Shown: positions 10,318-21,957, counted from the whole stretch's first letter. The stretch: DNA of 62,959 bases, filler included, from an uncultured bacterium (GCA_964449065.1; 13 parts of 13 records of this genome joined end to end with filler, not necessarily neighbours in it), one strand, 5' to 3'. The notes: generated from the letters alone by a model not told the origin. Numbers and translations: made by a program.

Positions 10318-11586
10318 TTAAACCGATAGTGCGTCGCGTTCGGTGAGAATGGCTTCGGCATCCAACCCGCGGAACTGTAGGATCCGAATGATGGCTTCTT
10401 CGACGACTTTATCGGGCGTTGAAGCGCCGGATGTAACCCCAATCGTTAATGGGCCATCCGGCAGCCAACCGGTGGTGATGATTTCGTCTTTTTTCAGATG
10501 GGGCTTGTGGCGGATTTCGGCAGCGGAGAGGATGCAGTCCGCTTCGTTGATGTGATATGAGTGCGGGGTGAACCGCAATCCGATTTCGCAAAGGTGGTTG
10601 GTGTTGCTGCTGTTGTAGCCGCCCACCACGATGATGATATCAGGATTCTTTTGCCCCAATTCGATGATGGCGTCTTGCCGTTCTTGTGTGGCGCTGCATA
10701 TCGTGTCGAACGCGCGGAAATTTTCTTTGACGTAGTCTTCGCCGTGGCGGTCCAGCATGGCTTGCTCAACAATTTTGGATATCTTCAATGATTCACTGCT
10801 GAGCATGGTGGTTTGGTTGGCGAGACCGACACGATGCAAATCGGTTTCGGGATCGAATCCGGGGCTCATGGCATGTTTAAATTTTTCCATAAATTCATCC
10901 CGGCTGCCGCCGTGGCGAATGTAGTTGCAGACATAATCGGCTTGTTCTTCATCGCGGACCACCAAATAGCGTCCCCCCTCAAACTGCAACGCGCGTGAAC
11001 TGGTGGCAATGGTTTCTTCATGAGCGTATTTGCCGTGAATGATGCAGGTATAGCCATCGCGGGCGTTGTGTTCGACACGGCGCCACACATTCATCACCGA
11101 GCCGCAGGTGGTATCGACCATGGTGCAGCCGATATCGGCCAAGCGCTGCATTTCATCCACACTGGCCCCAAACGCGGGCAGCAAAACAATATCATCGGGT
11201 TGGATATCTTCGAAACGGTAGGTGTTTTCTTCCGCGCCGTTTAAAAAGCGGATGCCGAGTTCTTGCAGTTTGCGGTTGACGCGCGGATTGTGAATGATTT
11301 CCGTGGTGATGTAGATGGTTTTATCGGGAAATTTTTTGGCGGCTTCATAGGCATAATCGACGGCGCGGTCAACGCCGTAGCAAAAGCCGAATTCTTTGGC
11401 CAAGTGGACGCGCAATCCTTCGACTTCGAGCAGAAATTCGTTTTCGCGCAGGTGCTGAATAAGCGGGCTGTGGTACTCTTGCTCCAGCGTCCCCGCTACT
11501 TCATTCTTTAAACCGAAACCTTTGCGAATAATAGGTAAATCTTTGGTGTTGGTCGGCATTAATAATCCCCGGTTCATTGTAGTCAT
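10318..11586 (-). CDS. ispH: 4-hydroxy-3-methylbut-2-enyl diphosphate reductase (start may be 11559)
   Basis: FGFCYGVDRA, EIIHNP, DTTC, HEET, NQTT, DTICSATQERQ, VGGYNSSNT, GASTP. Confidence 0.95.
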   Translation of the reverse strand: MTTMNRGLLMPTNTKDLPIIRKGFGLKNEVAGTLEQEYHSPLIQHLRENEFLLEVEGLRVHLAKEFGFCYGVDRAVDYAYEAAKKFPDKTIYITTEIIHNPRVNRKLQELGIRFLNGAEENTYRFEDIQPDDIVLLPAFGASVDEMQRLADIGCTMVDTTCGSVMNVWRRVEHNARDGYTCIIHGKYAHEETIATSSRALQFEGGRYLVVRDEEQADYVCNYIRHGGSRDEFMEKFKHAMSPGFDPETDLHRVGLANQTTMLSSESLKISKIVEQAMLDRHGEDYVKENFRAFDTICSATQERQDAIIELGQKNPDIIIVVGGYNSSNTNHLCEIGLRFTPHSYHINEADCILSAAEIRHKPHLKKDEIITTGWLPDGPLTIGVTSGASTPDKVVEEAIIRILQFRGLDAEAILTERDALSV

Positions 11587-12042
11587 TTCATTTTACCTTT
11601 ACTTTATCTTTAACTTTCTATCTTGACAACATGGGTAAACGTTCAGTTGGAGTCAATATCCGCATGAAAACGGGCGGGAAGACGGTTAGGTCACGACAGA
11701 CCCCAACCTGAATGTGTCGTTTTTGTATGTTTCGAAGTATACCTGTTCAATGAAAATAAACAGGGAAAGCCATGCCGGAGTCTTTGAGAAATACGTTCGG
11801 ATGGGTGCTGTATTTCAGAAATCTTTCTTCCGCGTTTCAACTGCATCTTTTTTCGATTACAATATGCCGGGAACGTTTTTCAATCGTTTCTTTTTCGCCC
11901 TTGATTGTCTGATAAAGGCTTCCTCGACCGGTAACGAATTAAGCCTTATTTGCTTAGCAACCGCGTTTTTTGATATATCATTGTTAGACAAAGCATACGG
12001 TGAAAAATGGAAATTGGTTATGATGCAATGGGGTAAGTGATC

Positions 12043-12810
12043 ATGAAAGAACTGTATGAAATGGCCATTCGGCTGGCAGAAGATGCGGGAGCAATTGCAA
12101 AACAGTATTTTCGGTCTGAATTATCCTACCAAAACAAAACCGATGATTCGCCTGTTACCGAGGCGGATCATAAAATTGAAGAAATGATTCGCTCGAAAAT
12201 AGAACGCGAATACCCGGATGACGGTATTCTAGGAGAAGAATTCGGATCGAAAGAATCCAAAAATGGCAGGCGGTGGATCATTGATCCGATTGATGGGACG
12301 CAATCCTTTATCCGCGGCTTGCCTTTGTTTGGAACCATGATAGCCGTGGAAGAGCATGGGGAGAGCAAGATCGGTGTCATTCATTATCCTGTGAATGAGG
12401 AAACGCTGTCGGCTATGCGGGGAGAGGGATGTTACTGCAACGGGAAACGCTGTTCCGTTACCGGTCAAACCGACCTTTCTCAAAGCAATTTATCGACCTC
12501 CTATCCTCATAAAGCGCAGCAGTTGTGGGGCGAAAAATGCTTGCAGTATTTGGTAAAACATACGGCGTTTATCGGAACGTATGACTGTTACGGCTATTTG
12601 CTGTTTGCGACCGGAAAGATCGATGGGTTATTTGAGCCGGAACTAAAAATATGGGATATCGCGCCGCTATTTCCAATCGTATTGGAGGCGGGCGGTGTGA
12701 TCAGTAACAAAGAGCATCTATTGGATTTGCACATTCAAGACGTGGTAATGGCCAATCCTGTGCTACATTCCCAACTTTTGCAATTGATCAAAGACGGTAT
12801 GGATTTATAA
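12043..12810 (+). CDS. Inositol monophosphatase family protein (HisN-like histidinol-phosphatase)
   Basis: SPVTEAD, GEEFG, WIIDPIDGT, WDIA motifs. Confidence 0.85.
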   Translation: MKELYEMAIRLAEDAGAIAKQYFRSELSYQNKTDDSPVTEADHKIEEMIRSKIEREYPDDGILGEEFGSKESKNGRRWIIDPIDGTQSFIRGLPLFGTMIAVEEHGESKIGVIHYPVNEETLSAMRGEGCYCNGKRCSVTGQTDLSQSNLSTSYPHKAQQLWGEKCLQYLVKHTAFIGTYDCYGYLLFATGKIDGLFEPELKIWDIAPLFPIVLEAGGVISNKEHLLDLHIQDVVMANPVLHSQLLQLIKDGMDL

Positions 12811-12879
12811 CCCAAATGTCAGTGATGAGTGGCGAGTTCAGGAATCATGATATTCTTGATAGTCACGATGGCGTATATT

Positions 12880-12956
12880 GTGGTACAGGCATCTTATCCG
12901 CATAGTGTCTAGCAGCAGGCTGGAAGCTTGCACCACAATTTTTGACTTTTTGCAGG
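12880..12956. repeat. REP-like doublet (TGTGGTACAGGC...GCAGGCTGGAAGCTTGCACCACA)
   Basis: 12915-12937 is the reverse complement of 44005-44027 with one mismatch; lies between convergent genes. Confidence 0.65.
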
Positions 12957-13124
12957 CGGGCTGCCGGACAGGGGGACGCGTGATTGCGTGTTGTACACCC
13001 GCATTTGGTACTGTCATATATTGACCAATACAGGCAACGATCCCACTCTACCACATTAATGCGCGCATACATTTACCGGCAGAAAGCGATGCTCCCTTGC
13101 TATTCAACACTGAACGCCATAGCC

Positions 13125-14507
13125 TCACGCCGAATGCCATGGCCCCGTGATTGCCAGGGTTAATCCTTCATTCATAATGTTCACAAACAGGGTTGACCCA
13201 TCCGGGGAAAAGCATACACCGGCGAACTCGCTCGTGCTTATGGCGTTGCGCGCGAATTTGTAAATCTTGCCGTCCGGTGTGACGCCGTCCATAAAGTTGT
13301 CGCCGGAGCCGTCTTCACAAACAATCAAATCACCCCAGGGAGAGACGGTTAGGTTATCCGCGTTGTCAATCAATCCCGGATCGTTGGGTTCGACAAACAG
13401 GACCAATTTTCCAGGGTTCTTCTCTTCACCCGCAGAGCCTTCATCCGGGCTGGGGATGTACTTCCAAATCTGTCCGGCTTTGGCATGGCCTCCACTGGTG
13501 CAAGCGAAGTATAGGCCGTCATCACCGGCCCACATGCCTTCGCCGCGGGCAAAGCGTGCCGCGCCGGCATCGAAGCCGCGGTAGCGCAGGTCATCTTTGG
13601 GTGCATGAATGTCTTCCGCGTCAATCCAGCGGACACTGAATTCTTCGCCCACTTTGATTTTGCGTGGTTCATCCCAACTGCGGGTGTCTAAACTCTTTTG
13701 GCCGGTCACCACCAACAATTGCAGTTTGCCGCCTTGTTCCAACCGGCCGGGAGTATTGGGGATGTAGCGGTATATTAAACTGTCATCGCGGTCTTCGGTT
13801 TCATAGACGATGCCGGTCTTTTCGTCGATGGCGATGGCTTCGTGGTTGAAGCGTCCCATCTCTTTCAACGCGACCGGCTTCACGGGAGCGCCTTTTAAGT
13901 TAGCAGGGACTTCAAAATTGTAGCCGTGGTCTTGCTCGAAGGTTCCTTCCGCGCGCTGCACGGTTTCTTCGCAGGTAACCCAGGTGTTCCATGGAGTGGG
14001 GCCGCCGGCACAGTTCCGCGAGGTGCCCAAAAGGCTCATGAATTGCGATTCAACCGTTTGGGTTTTGGTATCAAAAATGATGTTGGAGGTACCCCCCAAG
14101 CAGGGGGCTTTGCTTTTCCCGATATCATACACGAACTCTTTGTTTACTTTGCTGAGCAATTCAAGGTCTTTGCCGAACGGGCCTTGCTCGACCGGTTCCT
14201 CGGTTAACTCGTGGTTGCATACGATGACGGTTTTTCCGTTTTCTCCTGGAAATGCCGCCATACCGTCCGGCGCGCCGGGAACCAAGAGGCCGTCGCTCAT
14301 GGTGCCGCCGCGTTTGGCGATGACTTTGTAAGAAAAGCCCTTGGGTAAATCGATAATCTTGTTGGGGTCGGGAACGAGTTCGCCGTATCCATCAGGAATA
14401 CGATCCACAGCAAACGAAGCGTTATTCGCAAAGAGGGTGTTCAATCCATGAAAACCCAACGCCGCCGCGCTGCTGAATTGCAAAAAGTGCCGCCGTGATA
14501 CATCCAT
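13125..14507 (-). CDS. phoX: PhoX-family (DUF839) alkaline phosphatase, Tat-exported
   Basis: SRRHFL Tat signal after AAGGAG; PDGM, CNHE, NCAGGPTPW, TCEE, MGRFNHEA, DNL, CEDG, EFAGVCFSPDG. Confidence 0.88.
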   Translation of the reverse strand: MDVSRRHFLQFSSAAALGFHGLNTLFANNASFAVDRIPDGYGELVPDPNKIIDLPKGFSYKVIAKRGGTMSDGLLVPGAPDGMAAFPGENGKTVIVCNHELTEEPVEQGPFGKDLELLSKVNKEFVYDIGKSKAPCLGGTSNIIFDTKTQTVESQFMSLLGTSRNCAGGPTPWNTWVTCEETVQRAEGTFEQDHGYNFEVPANLKGAPVKPVALKEMGRFNHEAIAIDEKTGIVYETEDRDDSLIYRYIPNTPGRLEQGGKLQLLVVTGQKSLDTRSWDEPRKIKVGEEFSVRWIDAEDIHAPKDDLRYRGFDAGAARFARGEGMWAGDDGLYFACTSGGHAKAGQIWKYIPSPDEGSAGEEKNPGKLVLFVEPNDPGLIDNADNLTVSPWGDLIVCEDGSGDNFMDGVTPDGKIYKFARNAISTSEFAGVCFSPDGSTLFVNIMNEGLTLAITGPWHSA

Positions 14508-14826
14508 ATTTCGTTCTCCTTGTTCTTTATGAAATTGAAGACCGTCTTCATTGGTAATGATAGGTTTCATCGGCGTGTTGGAAGAATTGCCATTGAACCT
14601 AGATTCAATCCTTTCCCAATCCAATGTGATTGACCGAAGCCGTTCACCCCAATCCGAGGGTGAAAAATTTTCCCAAGAGCGATTGGATTTTCATCAAACA
14701 GCCGCTCTTCTTTCCAGGTTGCATGGAAAAGGCAATAGGGAAAGGGTGAGCGGTAGATTTGATTCATTCTAAAAGATTAATCGGTTTGGGATAGTGAATG
14801 GTTTCATCTAAACATAATTTTAACCA

Positions 14827-14883
14827 TTAACTGATGTTACGCAATCAATGATTGACTATTGCTTGAAAATGGTTTTTTTATAA
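14827..14883 (+). repeat. MITE-like element copy (truncated by contig end)
   Basis: TTAACTGATGTTACGCAATCAATGATTGACTATTGC matches the copies at 19716 and 24715. Confidence 0.8.
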
Positions 14884-14983
14884 NNNNNNNNNNNNNNNNN
14901 NNNNNNNNNNNNNNNNNNNNNNNNNNNTTAATTAATTAANNNNNNNNNNNNNNNNNNNNNNNNNNNNNNNNNNNNNNNNNNNN

Positions 14984-15225
14984 TCATACCCCGGCGGCGC
15001 GTTTACGTTATCCACCGCAGTTTCGTTATACAATATCACATCGCATTCAATTTGGGATAGTTTGAGGCTGTCTTCTTGCTTGGCCCGTCCCCAAATAAAA
15101 ATTCCTTTAACACGCAGGGTCCGGTTGAATAGTTCGGGATGTAACGACAAGTCGCGCTTAATCCCCAACGTCATATATTTCAGGATACGCTTGTGAAAGA
15201 ACGCTTCGGCTTCAGCAGGCTTCAC
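14984..15225 (-). CDS. Hypothetical protein, 3' truncated
   Basis: GTG start overlaps the upstream stop (GTGA); open to contig end. Confidence 0.55.
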
Positions 15226-16808
15226 CGGGATGCCTCAACACGATGAATGGATAAGGTTCCATTCACGCGAAAACGAAAATCCGAACCGCCGTTCTGCCGG
15301 TTCGTCAACCGCGCATCTTCAAGATGGAATTGTTTAAGAATCCACTTCTTCGTGTTCCCGCATGATATCTCACCCGTCGATTTATACGCGCCATCCAACG
15401 TTGCTTTTCCGTCCCATGAATCATACTGCAATGAGAACGATTCAAAGCCGTCATCCCAATACTCAACTCCAATCACAATGTCCTGTTCAATATCAAATGC
15501 ATACGGATCAGCAATATTAAAATAGATGTAGGTGTTATCGGCATCCATGCTTTGAATACATTGGTTGCCGCCAATTTCCGCTTTTCTAACCGGCCCATCC
15601 GGCTGCCCGCCAACCAGCCAAATTCCTTGGCTTTGAATTTCTTCGTCAAAGGTAATGCCTACGCTTTCAGCATTCTTATATTCACTCCCCTTATCGCTCG
15701 CGGGCCGCGGTCTCGGCTTGGGATACTCCAACGCAATCTCTTCCCGCAACCGCTTACCGGCTTTAAACGCTTCGGCATATTTCGCGGTCAAATCAATATA
15801 TTCCCGCCCAAATTCCACGGATTCACAAATATCCGTCCCCTCATGCATCTCATTCCACGTTTCAATCAACACTACATTCGCGTCCGAATCCAAAATCTCA
15901 TTCCAGCCCTGACGGTAAAAGTCACCATCCTCACGCTCACGTATCGGAGTGCTGCGTCCCGGAACCGCGCTATCGTTATACCCCGGCCCAATCTGCGCGA
16001 CGGTATCGAAAATGTATACCCCATTCAAAGCAGCACCCCAGCGGGTTGTGGCATCACATGCAAAATTCCATGAATGATCCTTGATGATGTATGGTTTGAT
16101 TCCATGAAAGTCCTTGGCAAACCGCTCATACACATAATCGACGGTCGATTGACCATGCCGCTTTGCGAAACCGGCGCCATACAACACCACCAACGGGCGG
16201 CCATCGATACACGCCCAATGCTTGGGATGCACCTGATAAAAGAAATCGCGAATGGTGCGGTAGAAAATATCTTTGCCTGTATCTTCTGTCAGATCATATT
16301 TTTCACTTCGACCGGCCACACCGCGAACACCCGGCAACAGTGTTGACGTATCATAAAACAACCCAATCTTCGGAGACGGCTTCCCTTCCCGCCCACGTTC
16401 TTCTACCGCCCGCTGCAGCGGCGGCAATCCGGCAACGCTGAAATGAATCCCCGGCTGAAAATAGTTATCCGGCACACCCCAATAGACCGGCAGGATAAAA
16501 TCAATCCCCGCTTCCACACAATCCGCCAACTCGTTTTTATGCCATTCCACCGAACGAAAGCTCACGTCTTCCGGATTCACAAAATGATCCTGCAAGGCGT
16601 CATCGGTTTGCCCGGCATGATCAAAAAAGTGTTGCTTGGGGTAATCGTACCAATAAAAATAATGCGTCCCCACAATCTTCTGATCCAACGCAAACGTTTC
16701 CGCGTCGTTTACCTGATGCGGACTCCACACCGGACGAAACTCTTCCGCAATCGAAACCAATGTGACTGCCATCAATCCAATCGTTAAGAACGCAATCCGT
16801 GCCATCAT
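15222..16808 (-). CDS. Secreted DUF5010/GH99-like glycoside hydrolase with C-terminal beta-sandwich
   Basis: Signal peptide; YFYWY, IGLFYDT, IDGRP, PGYND, IETWNEMHEGT; VEYWD...LQYDS CBM-like tail. Confidence 0.75.
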   Translation of the reverse strand: MMARIAFLTIGLMAVTLVSIAEEFRPVWSPHQVNDAETFALDQKIVGTHYFYWYDYPKQHFFDHAGQTDDALQDHFVNPEDVSFRSVEWHKNELADCVEAGIDFILPVYWGVPDNYFQPGIHFSVAGLPPLQRAVEERGREGKPSPKIGLFYDTSTLLPGVRGVAGRSEKYDLTEDTGKDIFYRTIRDFFYQVHPKHWACIDGRPLVVLYGAGFAKRHGQSTVDYVYERFAKDFHGIKPYIIKDHSWNFACDATTRWGAALNGVYIFDTVAQIGPGYNDSAVPGRSTPIREREDGDFYRQGWNEILDSDANVVLIETWNEMHEGTDICESVEFGREYIDLTAKYAEAFKAGKRLREEIALEYPKPRPRPASDKGSEYKNAESVGITFDEEIQSQGIWLVGGQPDGPVRKAEIGGNQCIQSMDADNTYIYFNIADPYAFDIEQDIVIGVEYWDDGFESFSLQYDSWDGKATLDGAYKSTGEISCGNTKKWILKQFHLEDARLTNRQNGGSDFRFRVNGTLSIHRVEASR

Positions 16809-16809
16809 G

Positions 16810-17205
16810 CTACCCCTTTTGCTTATTGTCTTTCTTTTCCTCTTCCAAAATGGTGGAAATCGCGGACTTCATGATTTCTATTTTTACCAGGTCACCGCTT
16901 TTATTTTCGCTGATTTTAATGGTAGCCACATCGTCCTTGATCCCAATAATTGAACCATAAATCCCACCCGCGGTGACTATCCGGTCGCCTTTTTTCAACG
17001 CGTTGATCTTGCGCTCTTGCTCATCTTTCTTTCTCTTTTCCGGGCGAATCAATAGGAAGTAAAAAATAAAAGCAATAACCCCAAACATCATCAGCATTTG
17101 GGTGAATCCCCCGCCGGCGTTCGGTGGTGGAGGAGTAATGCCATCTTCTCCATTATTGGGAATCTGTCCACTTTGATCTTGCGCGTACGCTTCTAATTCA
17201 AACAT
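16810..17205 (-). CDS. yajC: Preprotein translocase subunit YajC
   Basis: FYFLLIRP...LKKGDRIVTAGGIYG. Confidence 0.93.
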   Translation of the reverse strand: MFELEAYAQDQSGQIPNNGEDGITPPPPNAGGGFTQMLMMFGVIAFIFYFLLIRPEKRKKDEQERKINALKKGDRIVTAGGIYGSIIGIKDDVATIKISENKSGDLVKIEIMKSAISTILEEEKKDNKQKG

Positions 17206-17405
17206 TCGTTTCTCCTATGCCATCAGTATCAAAATCATCGCATGAATTCTACTGGAAAACCGCGTTCCCTCAATCTGTGGATTCGACCGCTGTCTATACC
17301 ACTTCCGGTTTATTTCAAAAAAAGAAAAAAATATGGAATAATTCAAAGAAAACTTGGCACTATATTAGAAACAACGCATGATTTAAACCATGAGGGTCTA
17401 TATCC

Positions 17406-19715
17406 ATGATACCAGCTTCTATTGGCAAGAAAATTATAATTCCTGTCGCTTGTGTTCTTGCGGCAAGTCTTTTCATCCTTCAACAGATGACCTATTCCCA
17501 AAAATCGAAACCGGAAGAAGAATTTCATACAGCACAAGAAGGACAAGAAGAAGAACAAAAAGGACACGGGTCTCATGCGCCGTTGCCGTCTCAAGAAGAA
17601 ATTGCTCAGTTGCCGAAAGACGGCGGAGAAGAATTTAACCGGCTGATATTTGAACAAAGCCCTTACCTGCTTCAACATACCCGCAATCCAGTCGATTGGT
17701 ATCCGTGGGGAGAAGAAGCATTCAAAAAAGCCAAAGAAGAAGATAAACCCGTCTTCCTATCCATCGGCTATTCGACCTGTCACTGGTGCCATGTCATGGA
17801 GCGTGAATCGTTTGAGACCGAAAAAGTCGCGGCGCTCATGAACCAATATTTCATCTCTGTGAAAGTAGACCGCGAAGAACGCCCTGATTTAGACCAAGTG
17901 TATATGGATGTCACCCGCGCCCTAACCGGCGGCGGCGGCTGGCCCATGACGGTCATTCTCACGCCGGAGAAAAAACCGTTTTACGCGGGAACATACTTTC
18001 CCCGCGAAAGCCGCTTTGGGCGCCCCGGCATGTTGGATTTGGTTCCGCAAATCGGCGAAGCGTGGAAAAACAGACGAAACGAAATCTTGGACTCCGCCCA
18101 AAAAATTACTGAGCATGTCAAAAATATGGGGGCTGTTTCTAGTGCGGAAATCGGTCCAGAAATTTTGGATCAAGCATACAGCGAACTGGCCTCCCGCTTC
18201 GATTCTGTTCATGGCGGATTTAGAGGTCAGCCTAAGTTCCCTACACCGCATAATTACCGGTTTTTGCTGCGGTATTGGCACACGTCTGATGAACCGAAAG
18301 CACTTGATATCACAGTGAAAACACTTAAAGAAATGCGCAAGGGCGGCATTTTTGATCAAATCGGATATGGCTTCCACCGCTATTCAACAGACGCGGAATG
18401 GCTTCTGCCCCATTTCGAGAAGATGCTGTACGATCAAGCCTTAATTTCCATGCTCTACCTTGAAGCTTACCAAGCAACCAAGGATCCGGAATTTTCCGCT
18501 ACGGCGGAAGAAATCTTTACCTACGTGCTGCGGGATATGACTTCGGATACAGGGGGATTTTATTCAGCGGAAGACGCGGATAGCGAAGGCGAAGAAGGCA
18601 AGTTTTATGTGTGGTCAACCGAAGAAATCCGCTCCATCCTACCGAAAGATGACGCGGATTTATTTATAGAAATGTTTAACTTGGATGAAGACGGAAACTT
18701 TCGCGAAGAAGCAACCGGAGAAAAAATCGGCGCCAATATTCCCCACCTGACCAAATGGTATGATGAATGGGCGGAAGAAAAAGGAACCACAACCGAAGAA
18801 CTGCGGGACACAGTCAATCAAATCCGGCAAACGCTGTTTACCGGGCGGGAAAAACGGATTCACCCCCTCAAGGATGATAAGATTTTGACCGATTGGAATG
18901 GATTAATGATTGCCGCGCTGGCCATGGGCGGCAGGGTGCTTGAAAAAGACGAATACACCCAATCCGCGAAAAAAGCGGCTGATTTTGTTTTAAAAGAGTT
19001 GCGAACAGATGAAGGGCGTTTGCACAAACGTTACCGCAACGGCGAGGCGGGATTATCGGCTCACTTGGAAGATTATGCCTTTCTGGTGTGGGGATTGCTC
19101 GAACTATATGAAACCACATTCGATACCACCTATTTAACCAATGCGATTGAATTAAACGAGATGATGATTCAACTGTTTGAAGATGAAGAACGGGGCGGCT
19201 TTTATTTAACCGCTGATGACAGCGAAGAATTGCTGATGCGTCCTAAAGACCTGTATGACGGCGCGATTCCGTCCGGCAATTCGGTGGCTGTGTTAAACCT
19301 GCTGCGCTTAAGCCGCCTCACCGGCAATATGGAATATGAACAAATTGCTGATAAAACCGTCAATGCGTTTTCCGGCAATATTGCCCGGCAACCCTCCGCG
19401 TATAGCCAATTGTTACTAGGGCTTTCGTTCGCGTTCGGCCCGTCGTATGAAGTGGTCGTCAGCGGCGACCCGAATCAGCCGGATACAAAAACCATGCTGC
19501 GTGAACTCAACACACGCTTTTTACCCAACAAGGTGATTCTTCTGCGTCCCAATACGGTAGAAACACCGCCCATAACACAAATCGCGGAATACACGAAACC
19601 GCAAACCAGTATCGACGGCAAGGCAACCGTGTATGTGTGTCAAAACTTCGCCTGCAAAGTACCGACTACGGACGTAAAAGAAATGCTGTCATTTTTACAA
19701 GTCAGTGCCAATTAA
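17406..19715 (+). CDS. YyaL/SSP411-family thioredoxin-domain (DUF255) protein with N-terminal anchor
   Basis: [63 protein letters not shown]. Confidence 0.92.
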   Translation: MIPASIGKKIIIPVACVLAASLFILQQMTYSQKSKPEEEFHTAQEGQEEEQKGHGSHAPLPSQEEIAQLPKDGGEEFNRLIFEQSPYLLQHTRNPVDWYPWGEEAFKKAKEEDKPVFLSIGYSTCHWCHVMERESFETEKVAALMNQYFISVKVDREERPDLDQVYMDVTRALTGGGGWPMTVILTPEKKPFYAGTYFPRESRFGRPGMLDLVPQIGEAWKNRRNEILDSAQKITEHVKNMGAVSSAEIGPEILDQAYSELASRFDSVHGGFRGQPKFPTPHNYRFLLRYWHTSDEPKALDITVKTLKEMRKGGIFDQIGYGFHRYSTDAEWLLPHFEKMLYDQALISMLYLEAYQATKDPEFSATAEEIFTYVLRDMTSDTGGFYSAEDADSEGEEGKFYVWSTEEIRSILPKDDADLFIEMFNLDEDGNFREEATGEKIGANIPHLTKWYDEWAEEKGTTTEELRDTVNQIRQTLFTGREKRIHPLKDDKILTDWNGLMIAALAMGGRVLEKDEYTQSAKKAADFVLKELRTDEGRLHKRYRNGEAGLSAHLEDYAFLVWGLLELYETTFDTTYLTNAIELNEMMIQLFEDEERGGFYLTADDSEELLMRPKDLYDGAIPSGNSVAVLNLLRLSRLTGNMEYEQIADKTVNAFSGNIARQPSAYSQLLLGLSFAFGPSYEVVVSGDPNQPDTKTMLRELNTRFLPNKVILLRPNTVETPPITQIAEYTKPQTSIDGKATVYVCQNFACKVPTTDVKEMLSFLQVSAN

Positions 19716-19854
19716 TTAACTGATGTTACGCAATCAATGATAGTCTATTGCATGAAAAATGGTTTTTGTAGTGAGCCAACTATTCTAAGTCAAACGCAGT
19801 GTCTATCGTCTTCTCCCTTTGGGAGAAGATAAGAGATGAGGGCGATGAGAGTGA
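19716..19854 (+). repeat. MITE-like element copy (longest seen), with internal hairpin
   Basis: Starts right after the YyaL stop; about 90 nt shared with 24715-24805; then CTTCTCCCTTTGGGAGAAG hairpin. Confidence 0.8.
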
Positions 19855-20153
19855 NNNNNNNNNNNNNNNNNNNNNNNNNNNNNNNNNNNNNNNNNNNNTT
19901 AATTAATTAANNNNNNNNNNNNNNNNNNNNNNNNNNNNNNNNNNNNNNNNNNNNCGAACACAGCAATAATACCATTTGAAATAAAAAATGTCCGTTATAT
20001 TGGTAGGGTAGGCTCAACACTCTTACAACCTTGATTACGCTTTATGTCAAAGCGGGTGCAAGCCTGAATCCAACCGAAAGGCTTTTGTCCGGTAGCCCAC
20101 CAGTCATACCTACAATGATTGACTTTTTGCCGCTGCGTCATAAATAGGGTTCA

Positions 20154-21101
20154 TCACGCCCCCACCAGCGCGAATATCCGGTTGAGTGAATCGATCGAAG
20201 CTTGCAGCGCGACCTCATTCTCCATCGCGTTCAGTTCCGCGCTGAACGGTTCACACGAGACCGGCCCGTCATAGCCGATATCCACCAACACCTGCATAAA
20301 CGCCTTCGAGTCAATCACGCCCGATGCCGCCGGCAGCATGCGTTTGCCGTCAATCTGCTCATCGATCGGCACCCCGTTGGGCGCATCGTTCACCTGCACA
20401 TCGATCACACGGTCATTGGTCACGGTCTTCAATTCCTCCAACGTGCTGTGCGAGGTATACCAATGCCAGCAATCCAGCAAAAAGCCCACATTTTTTTCAT
20501 CGATGGCCTCGATCAGTTCCCACATTTCGGGATGAGAGCGCACGAACGGAAAACGCTGCGATGTCATCAGGGTTGTCGGGCCGATGTATTCCAACCCCAA
20601 CCGCAATCCTTCATCCGCTAAAATCTGGCAGCAAGCTTTTAAGCGTTTGCGGTGCTGTTCAAAATTCTCGCGGTATGTCAAGGCAGCGTGTGTGGGCATA
20701 ATCCATGTTGATACGCGGGTGCAGCCGATCTCTTGAAGCATAGCCGCCCGTTTGGGCAGCAGTTTGATATCGTCTTGAAACTTGCGTTCATCCTCTTTGA
20801 ACTGCACCGGCAGCCCGGTGTTGCCCCAGCGTACGTTTTTGGATTTCATATCATCCAGCAGCCGTTTGCGTTCGTCCCTGGACATTTTCTCTAACGTACC
20901 GGTATAGGCGCTCACGCCCTCAAAACCGAACCGGGCGGCGTAATCAATCGCCTCCTGCTGGTTGGCTTGAACCCCAATCGCGCCGGGAACAAGGCTGCGG
21001 TAGAATTTGGGTTTGTTATGAGCACTCGAGAAAGCAGGCTGGGCGGCGGCAACGGCCGCGGCGGTGAGTCCAATCGTTTGCGAAAAATCTCTGCGGTTCA
21101 T
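20154..21101 (-). CDS. Tat-exported sugar phosphate isomerase/epimerase (xylose-isomerase-like TIM barrel)
   Basis: MNRRDF signal; LGLEYIG, LLDCWHW, VQVND, GYDGPVSCEPF. Confidence 0.88.
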   Translation of the reverse strand: MNRRDFSQTIGLTAAAVAAAQPAFSSAHNKPKFYRSLVPGAIGVQANQQEAIDYAARFGFEGVSAYTGTLEKMSRDERKRLLDDMKSKNVRWGNTGLPVQFKEDERKFQDDIKLLPKRAAMLQEIGCTRVSTWIMPTHAALTYRENFEQHRKRLKACCQILADEGLRLGLEYIGPTTLMTSQRFPFVRSHPEMWELIEAIDEKNVGFLLDCWHWYTSHSTLEELKTVTNDRVIDVQVNDAPNGVPIDEQIDGKRMLPAASGVIDSKAFMQVLVDIGYDGPVSCEPFSAELNAMENEVALQASIDSLNRIFALVGA

Positions 21102-21252
21102 GGTGTAATCCTTTTTGTTGGAGTTGATCCATTCATCTTTCAATAATTCATAGCAAAGGTCAAGGAATGGCTCTCCCATTTTTGCCGTTCTTCTTTTTTG
21201 TATGATTTCGGCAATACTTTTACGTGTACATCAGCCAATTCAGGAGGAATTC

Positions 21253-21957
21253 ATGTCAGATATGCCTGTATATGTTGTAATCGGTGCTTCAGGAGGAGTC
21301 GGATCGCAGGTCTGCCGCAATTTGTATGAGAAAGGCTGCCACCTGATGATGGGGGCGCGCCATGTCGAAGAACTCGATACCCTGCAAGCCGATTTGGAAG
21401 ACACCATCTACTTCTGCGTATTCGCCGAACAGATCGAAGACATCGTCCGCTGTATCGACCACGCCAAAAACATGTGGGGGCAGGTCGATGGCATTGTCTA
21501 TTGTGAGGCCAGCAATCTCTACAAAATGCCCCACCAGATCGAAGAAGAAGAATGGAAGAACACACTCGCCTTTAACCTCTCCGCGCAGTTTGCCTGTGTG
21601 CAGGCGGCCGGGCAGTTGATGCTGGAAAACGGCGGATCAGTGGTGTTGATGTCTCCCGCGTATGCAACACAGCCCGCCGCCAATGCCGAAGCAGTTGCCG
21701 CCGCCGCCGGAGGCGTCGCCGGTTTGGTACGCAGCGCCGCGCAAACCTACAAGCCGTTCAACATCCGCGTCAATGCCGTGTCACCGGGAATTGTGAATGG
21801 GGACGATCAGTTCAAAGCGGAAATCCAACTGCCGGACGGCTTCCCCCAACACGAAGCCGCGGATGTCGCTAAAGTCATGTCTTGGCTGGCCGGGCCGGAT
21901 TGCACCCTTTCCGGAGAAATACTCTCCATCGATGAAGGATTAACCCAAGCCAGATGA
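21253..21957 (+). CDS. Atypical SDR oxidoreductase
   Basis: GASGGVG Rossmann motif; IRVNAVSPG; GGAGG RBS; no YxxxK. Confidence 0.8.
   Translation: MSDMPVYVVIGASGGVGSQVCRNLYEKGCHLMMGARHVEELDTLQADLEDTIYFCVFAEQIEDIVRCIDHAKNMWGQVDGIVYCEASNLYKMPHQIEEEEWKNTLAFNLSAQFACVQAAGQLMLENGGSVVLMSPAYATQPAANAEAVAAAAGGVAGLVRSAAQTYKPFNIRVNAVSPGIVNGDDQFKAEIQLPDGFPQHEAADVAKVMSWLAGPDCTLSGEILSIDEGLTQAR

Noticed and set aside
11600..12030. ncRNA or 108-aa ORF between ispH and the IMPase gene
   Set aside because: No recognisable riboswitch or protein motif; only a short hairpin
14590..14830. Pho boxes upstream of phoX
   Set aside because: Only weak 11-bp periodic similarity, which cannot be distinguished from chance
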